A DNA stretch of 41,475 nt, taken from NCBI GenBank assembly GCA_964590575.1, contig CAZPWM010000017.1:1-41475 (forward strand), read 5' to 3'. Position numbers and translations under genes: made by a program. Position 1 is the first letter of the stretch. Each line of letters begins with the position of its first letter. This document shows, piece by piece, positions 36,426 through 41,475 of this stretch. Origin of the DNA: an uncultured archaeon. GTDB taxonomy: Archaea > Asgardarchaeota > Thorarchaeia > Thorarchaeales > Thorarchaeaceae. Below the pieces are notes generated by a model. That model did no database searches. It saw nothing but the letters and a program-made list of their open reading frames with translations, and was not told the DNA's origin.

Positions 36426-37064
36426 ATGAGTTCAGAGCTTGGAAACATCACACAAATGTTGGAAGAACATTTCCGTGTGGCAGTGTCAGCTAACAAGATT
36501 GTGGTCAACTCAATCTCTGATTGGCTTGAAGGTACGACATCGATTGACAAGGAAGAACTAGACAAGATCACAGCCCTGGAAGAAAAGGGTGATGCCCTAA
36601 AGCGTACAATCCTGAATGAACTTGCAAAAGCAAGTTCATTGATGCAGCGTGAGGATCTTCTCAAACTGGTACATTATAATGACAAATTAATAGATGGTGC
36701 TGAGATAGCATACTACCACTTAGCTGCCGTTGTTAGCCAATGGATTCCTGTTGGTGAGTTAAAGGAGAAGATAGCACAGCTTGGTAATCTAATGAGTTCT
36801 CAGGTCACTGAACAGCGTGAAGCAGTACGATTCCTCTCCATCAACATGGAAGAGTCAATGAAACGCGCTGACCAGATATGCAAACTTGAGAAAGAAATTG
36901 ATGTGATACAGAGAGCAATACTATCCATCTTGTACCCGCTAGATATACCAATGGCCGTGACACTGAGATTCCGTGATTTCATCAATATGCTAGAAGATAT
37001 GGCTAACTTCAGTGAGGACGCAGCACTAGTCATCCGGACGCTCTCATTAACACTCAACACTTGA
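36426..37064 (+). CDS. DUF47 / PhoU-like phosphate transport regulator
   Basis: LEEKGD.LKR.I, REDLL.L, LEKEID, LEDMAN.SED. Confidence 0.85.
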   Translation: MSSELGNITQMLEEHFRVAVSANKIVVNSISDWLEGTTSIDKEELDKITALEEKGDALKRTILNELAKASSLMQREDLLKLVHYNDKLIDGAEIAYYHLAAVVSQWIPVGELKEKIAQLGNLMSSQVTEQREAVRFLSINMEESMKRADQICKLEKEIDVIQRAILSILYPLDIPMAVTLRFRDFINMLEDMANFSEDAALVIRTLSLTLNT

Positions 37065-37082
37065 AACAGTCGGTGCCATGAA

Positions 37083-37646
37083 TTGAATGAAACATCCCCT
37101 ATCGCAGATGCAACACTTGTTGGCGATAGAGGCATAGTGTGGGACCCTGACCACGGCATGAAACTCTATGAAGAAGGCTACTTTGGCCAACCTGTCGGGA
37201 TCAGAAAACCCAAGACTTCGGTTTTTGACAAACCACTAGAGCTTTCCCTAGTCGAATGTGCATACCTCACACAACAGAAGCGATTGAATCTTCGACATCA
37301 TGATGGAGAATCTATCATGAGTGTTGATGAGATTCTCCAATTGGGTTCCAAATGGTCTGATGAATTCAAAGATCGATATATTGTGTATTCGCAGCTACGT
37401 GAACGAGGATATGTAGTACGACCTGGTCTGAAGTTTGGCACCGATTTTGCTGTATACGAACATGGTCCTGGAAAAGATCATGCACCCCTTCTAGTACATG
37501 TCATCCCTCAAAGAAAAGGAGTAGTCCCACTTGATATTGTCCGTGCAGGTCGACTGGCAACAAGCGTGAAGAAAAAATTCATCATTGCCACAGTCAAAGA
37601 AAATGCTGAAGTTGCATACTATTCGTTTGTCTGGCATAGACCTTAA
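37083..37646 (+). CDS. endA: tRNA-intron endonuclease (single-unit)
   Basis: LELSLVECAYL, VY..LRERGY.VRPGLKFGTDF.VY..GP..DHA, R.ATSVKK. Confidence 0.95.
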   Translation: MNETSPIADATLVGDRGIVWDPDHGMKLYEEGYFGQPVGIRKPKTSVFDKPLELSLVECAYLTQQKRLNLRHHDGESIMSVDEILQLGSKWSDEFKDRYIVYSQLRERGYVVRPGLKFGTDFAVYEHGPGKDHAPLLVHVIPQRKGVVPLDIVRAGRLATSVKKKFIIATVKENAEVAYYSFVWHRP

Positions 37647-37721
37647 AGAGACTAACTTAGAAAGTTTTAAGTTCCCTAATATCTTGTCCATCACAACATC
37701 TGGCCCCGAGGATGAATTCTG

Positions 37722-38039
37722 ATGGCTGATAAGGCTGAAAACGCGAAGGCTTTTGGTATGCTGTTGGCACAAGCCTGGGAGAATACTCCTTCATTTATTT
37801 GCAGCAATGATGACTATATCTACTGTTTATTCCCATCTGATGAAACAAAAACGAAATGGGTGGAGGCATCACTAACATTTCCTGATGGCTCTCTTGATAA
37901 AAAGGAGATTGATTCTCCAAAAGCTATATCTCTTCTTGTAGAAGAGTTGAAAGTTCTACCAACCTATGGTGCAAATACAATAGTCACAACAAAGGCTCAG
38001 CTAGATGAAGTGAGTAGTCGACTGGGCGCACTAGCATGA
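37722..38039 (+). CDS. Hypothetical protein
   Basis: 105-aa ORF with a GAGG SD filling the gap; no recognised motif. Confidence 0.7.
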   Translation: MADKAENAKAFGMLLAQAWENTPSFICSNDDYIYCLFPSDETKTKWVEASLTFPDGSLDKKEIDSPKAISLLVEELKVLPTYGANTIVTTKAQLDEVSSRLGALA

Positions 38040-38056
38040 AAAAGATCATACACACT

Positions 38057-38088
38057 ATCGGATTATGATCCGATGAAGACTTTATCAT
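38057..38088 (+). promoter_or_regulatory. Palindrome adjoining the BRE/TATA of the CdvA-like gene
   Basis: ATCGGAT-TATG-ATCCGAT (38057-38074), then GAAGAC-TTTATCA about 23 nt before ATG 38104. Confidence 0.5.
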
Positions 38089-38103
38089 GGATGGAGCAAA
38101 GCC

Positions 38104-38904
38104 ATGTCAGAACCTCATGTTACATGTCCTTTCTGTGGTTTGGAAGTCCCAGAGGGTCGTTTCTGCAAAATTTGCGGAAAACCACTTGACACAGAGCTAC
38201 CCCTCAGTCAGTCAAAAATAGAACCAACGGTTGAAGTGGATATGGAATCATATGCCACACCCCCTGAACCCGATAGGATGGTTCTACCTCATTTTGATTT
38301 TACCGTTGAGGGCATGGAGCACATGGCTGCGGTCGTGCTTCTGTCTAGGTCAGAACTAGAAGTTGTAGACTTGGAACTTGATACTATCATTGAGAGAATC
38401 AAGGCAACTAGACAAGCTTTACTACTACAGCAAGCTGATAAACAGCTTCTTACGGTCAGAGCTGAAGAGCTCCGTGATGAATTCGAGAAGACAAAAAGCC
38501 GTCGAAGAGAGTTGACTGCAGTTACGACGTCATTAGTTTTGGAACAGCTACTTGATGCTCTTGATAAAGATGAGGAACGCCTTTCAAAACTTGAAGCCAT
38601 TTCAGGTACAGTTGATAAAGATGTATACAAGGAACAACGAGTTGAGATTCTTCACTCCATCAAAGAACTTCGTGTGAATTTGAAGCAAGCGACAAAGACA
38701 GCTAAGCAATGGATGAACGGAATCAAAAAGACACTCAAGAACCTTGATAAAGAAGTCAGCAGGGTGGAAGCAAAATTCAAGATTGGAGATATCTCCCGAG
38801 ACTTCTACGATTCGTCAATAGCCCGCCTTAAGAGAAGTATCAGAATTGTGGAAGGTGGCCAAGAACGACTATTATCGCTACTCAGGATTGCTGAGAAGAG
38901 GTGA
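38104..38904 (+). CDS. Zinc-ribbon plus CdvA-like coiled-coil protein
   Basis: CPFCG..CKICG; RL.KLE...G.V...Y-X52-GDIS...Y coiled-coil pattern. Confidence 0.65.
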   Translation: MSEPHVTCPFCGLEVPEGRFCKICGKPLDTELPLSQSKIEPTVEVDMESYATPPEPDRMVLPHFDFTVEGMEHMAAVVLLSRSELEVVDLELDTIIERIKATRQALLLQQADKQLLTVRAEELRDEFEKTKSRRRELTAVTTSLVLEQLLDALDKDEERLSKLEAISGTVDKDVYKEQRVEILHSIKELRVNLKQATKTAKQWMNGIKKTLKNLDKEVSRVEAKFKIGDISRDFYDSSIARLKRSIRIVEGGQERLLSLLRIAEKR

Positions 38905-38932
38905 ATGTAAACAAACTTTGGAGCGGTCAGTG

Positions 38933-39232
38933 ATGGTCAGCAACAATGTGGAATGCACAGGTCTATGCGAGAATTTCATATGTGAAAAGAAACCTCCTGC
39001 TCTCAAGATCAGGAAACAGGGTAACAAGAAGATTGCCTGGTGCGCTTGGATTGATGAAGAGTGCGATCACGGCTGGTGCGTTCATTCTAAATGTGCAATA
39101 CGAAAGATGACGCAAGATGGAAAGTGTAAGCAAGCTGTAACTCCAGTTCAGACACAGGTCCGAGTTAAACTTGATGAGCCCTACCCAGATGCGATGCCTA
39201 AAGATATCGCAAGAAAATTCAGACTAAGATGA
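38933..39232 (+). CDS. Cys-rich hypothetical protein
   Basis: 8 Cys: C.G.C..F.C...WC.W....C...C...C.......G.C. Confidence 0.7.
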   Translation: MVSNNVECTGLCENFICEKKPPALKIRKQGNKKIAWCAWIDEECDHGWCVHSKCAIRKMTQDGKCKQAVTPVQTQVRVKLDEPYPDAMPKDIARKFRLR

Positions 39233-39316
39233 TAGTGGTAGTGGGTTTCAACAATCAATCATGGCACAATGTCTATAAGTAACATATCGGTCGCTGTTCT
39301 GCGATGGTGAACTGAC

Positions 39317-39457
39317 GTGTTCGAGCAAATCCGCCCCGAGATGAGAGCACTCATCTACTTCATGGTTGGTATATCACTTCTAGGAATCGGAATCCTACTT
39401 GGTCAAGCTGCTTTTGCTATTGGCTTACTTCCTGGTCCAACAACACCGGTTCCCTAG
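39317..39457 (+). CDS. 46-aa single-TM microprotein
   Basis: MFEQIRPEMRALIYFMVGISLLGIGILLGQAAFAIGLLPGPTTPVP; GGTGA SD; TATAAG box near 39274. Confidence 0.65.
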   Translation: MFEQIRPEMRALIYFMVGISLLGIGILLGQAAFAIGLLPGPTTPVP

Positions 39458-39467
39458 TATAGAGTGA

Positions 39468-40466
39468 TTGGACTTGAGTCGTCTTGATGAGATATTGAAT
39501 CTTCTCATGAGCTTTGATGGTATCTCAAGAAAATTCGTGCTTCCCTCAATCATTGATAAACTTAGACTGGAATCCTTCAATGGCAACACTCCACACAGTC
39601 TAGGAGAAGACTCTGCAGCAATAGGGACGGAGTCTGATGAGTACGTGCTTCTGACTACAGATGGAATTGTTGAAGATCTCTGTCTAAACTATCCCCGAGC
39701 AGCCGGGTTCAATGCTGTCCTAGCTTGTATGATGGATATCTATGCTGCAGGCGGGACACCAACATCTTTTGCTGTCGCGCTCTCATACTCTGATTCTTCA
39801 ATTGGAGAGGCATTACTTGATGGATTGATTAATGGATCCCAGATATTTAGAGTACCCATTGTTAGAGGGCACACAAACCCTCGCTCAAGCTCCACATATG
39901 TAGTTGGATCCGCAACTGGCAGAGTGATGAAAACCAATCTTCTCACTGCAGGTGGTGCTGAAACAGGTAATGTCCTTGTGCTATTATTTGACGAAGTCGG
40001 ACAGAGAGGTGAGAGCTACACACTTGGATGGGATTCAGTCACGGGCCGCTCCTCAAAGGATGTTAACCAGAGACTTTCTGTGATGAACAAGCTTGCAAGT
40101 GAGCAATTGTTGACAGCTGCAAAGGATGTTTCTGTAGCTGGAGTGGTTGGTACTGCTGGAATGATGTTGGAATACTCCGGTCGTGGAGGCACTCTGAACC
40201 TAGACTCCCTTGACTCATCACGTCCTCCAGGAATTCCTCTAGAAGACTGGATTCGAATGTTTATCTCGTTGGGTTTTCTTGTTGCAGCATCAGAGAATAA
40301 CCTGCAAAAAATCAAATATATTGCAGAAGAGCAGGGCCTCTCAATAGTCGTTGTAGGTCAAGCTGACGATTCCAAGGCGGTCAAACTGAAGCTTGGTGAT
40401 GATGAACTAGTATTTTTTGATTTTTCGGATGGTGGGGTCTTTACACCTAAGGATATGAATGTCTGA
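39468..40466 (+). CDS. AIR synthase-related (PurM-like) protein, methanogenesis marker 2/sll0787-like
   Basis: MDL..L....FDGISRK, GEDSAAI, DIYAAGG.P, GHT, KDVS.AG..GT..MMLE.S. Confidence 0.85.
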   Translation: MDLSRLDEILNLLMSFDGISRKFVLPSIIDKLRLESFNGNTPHSLGEDSAAIGTESDEYVLLTTDGIVEDLCLNYPRAAGFNAVLACMMDIYAAGGTPTSFAVALSYSDSSIGEALLDGLINGSQIFRVPIVRGHTNPRSSSTYVVGSATGRVMKTNLLTAGGAETGNVLVLLFDEVGQRGESYTLGWDSVTGRSSKDVNQRLSVMNKLASEQLLTAAKDVSVAGVVGTAGMMLEYSGRGGTLNLDSLDSSRPPGIPLEDWIRMFISLGFLVAASENNLQKIKYIAEEQGLSIVVVGQADDSKAVKLKLGDDELVFFDFSDGGVFTPKDMNV

Positions 40467-40515
40467 TATCTATGCGTTATAGTTATAATACCTAACAGCA
40501 GGTACCGTACCTGAA

Positions 40516-40740
40516 GTGTCGCAAGTGTCAGAGGAAAAGATTTGCAGTATAGTTGGATGCAGGAAGCCTTCAAAGAGGTCAATGAAGAGAGATCGGATTT
40601 CCGAAAGCGTAACAAAATCTAATCTCAAAGTCAAAGATGCGCGATCAAGGACCATCTACCTATGTTCTGATCACTGGAAAATAGTAAAGAAGGTCTTTAA
40701 GCAAGACACGAAGGGTGAACGCCTTCGATGGGGCCATTAG
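40516..40740 (+). CDS. Small basic putative zinc-binding protein
   Basis: CSIVGC...RS...YLCSDHWK (C-x4-C...C-x2-H). Confidence 0.7.
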   Translation: MSQVSEEKICSIVGCRKPSKRSMKRDRISESVTKSNLKVKDARSRTIYLCSDHWKIVKKVFKQDTKGERLRWGH

Positions 40741-40798
40741 AGCCTGCAGATCTGATCTAATTCATGGTCCTGCGACCTTGTACATGGAGTAGGTCTAC

Positions 40799-41158
40799 GT
40801 GTCGGCGAAGGATAAACGCAATCTCACACTCGTACCAGATTACAAACTTTGGCTTGAACGAGATGGAGAATATATTTTTGGACCCGGAGCCTATGCAATA
40901 CTCAAATCAATACACGAAGAAGGAACCATAACAAAAGGCGCTAAGAAACTCCAGATGTCCTATCGTTATGCTTGGGGAGTTATCAAGAAGATCGAAAAGA
41001 AATTAGGCATCATACTCGTTGAAACTTTCAAGGGTGGAATAGAAGGTGGTGGTGGTGCTAGAGTTACAGAGAATGGACTCAAACTTATGGAGATGTATTC
41101 TAGCGTTAACAACGCGTTCAATGATGTGCTAGAAGCCTCACGCCACCTTGATTTATGA
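40799..41158 (+). CDS. ModE-type winged-helix transcriptional regulator (HTH only)
   Basis: FGPG...L..I...G.I...AK.L.MSYRYAW..I..IE..LG..LV....GG..GGGA.VT. Confidence 0.88.
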   Translation: MSAKDKRNLTLVPDYKLWLERDGEYIFGPGAYAILKSIHEEGTITKGAKKLQMSYRYAWGVIKKIEKKLGIILVETFKGGIEGGGGARVTENGLKLMEMYSSVNNAFNDVLEASRHLDL

Positions 41159-41475
41159 GAATCTTAGAACAATGGCATCATTTGGACAGTGACTCTTACA
41201 TTCCAGACACATTATACAATCGGGACTATGCATGTGTTTGTAGGGGTATTTCCGAATTCGTATATTCATTGGACATACAACTTCACACACATTACATGTG
41301 TCAGGAGTGCATCGTGCTGGATTTCTTCCAATCCCAATCAAGGCATCTCTCGAGATTAAACTGTAGATCCAACCTGCAGGACATATCCATCTGCAGAACC
41401 ATCGTGGTACCCAGACTGAAATAAGAAACACGAAGATGACGAATATCATCTGAACAAGTGGCCATCCCCATTGTG
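41153..41475 (-). CDS. Membrane 4Fe-4S binding protein (NapH/MauN-like), 5' end outside the window
   Basis: RWFCRWICPAG, C...C.VC..VCPM, DCIMCLEC..HCP. Confidence 0.88.
   Translation of the reverse strand, partial: QWGWPLVQMIFVIFVFLISVWVPRWFCRWICPAGWIYSLISRDALIGIGRNPARCTPDTCNVCEVVCPMNIRIRKYPYKHMHSPDCIMCLECKSHCPNDAIVLRFS

Noticed and set aside
1-41475. Mobile elements, rRNA, tRNA, CRISPR arrays
   Set aside because: No transposase or integrase motifs, no long non-coding gaps and no regular repeat-spacer pattern seen by eye

Overview
Archaeal core-genome window. The gene content (standalone Roadblock/LC7, Get3-type ATPase, CdvA-like coiled coil, HdrABC without mcr in the window) suggests an Asgard archaeon, probably Thorarchaeia-like; this assignment is inference. 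Bases 1-15716 on the minus strand hold the ribosomal superoperon from rpl22 through rpl15, followed by secY, adk, DUF106, rpl34e, cmk, rpl14e and cbf5. Two unusual insertions sit in it: hsp20 between rpl30 and rpl15, and a QW-repeat prenyltransferase-fold gene between secY and adk. Next come several hypothetical/winged-helix genes, hypD, mobA and an hdrA-mvhD/hdrC/hdrB/hdrA cluster. The rest carries GGGP synthase, Roadblock, map, tfb, SUI1, a radical SAM enzyme, rpoP, Get3, uppP, DUF47, endA, a CdvA-like gene and others. Five genes missing from the ORF track were read by hand: truncated cbf5, rps14, rpoP and two single-TM microproteins. The strongest leads are: an orphan eukaryote-type SECIS-like hairpin with an in-frame AUG-AAG-GUC-UGA mini-uORF ahead of a Cys-type hdrA; a tail-anchor-like microprotein coupled to Get3; a zinc-ribbon/CdvA-like protein; a divergent TFB/cyclin-fold protein; and a DUF1922 protein with MCM-like winged helices. 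No tRNA, rRNA, CRISPR array or mobile element was recognised.
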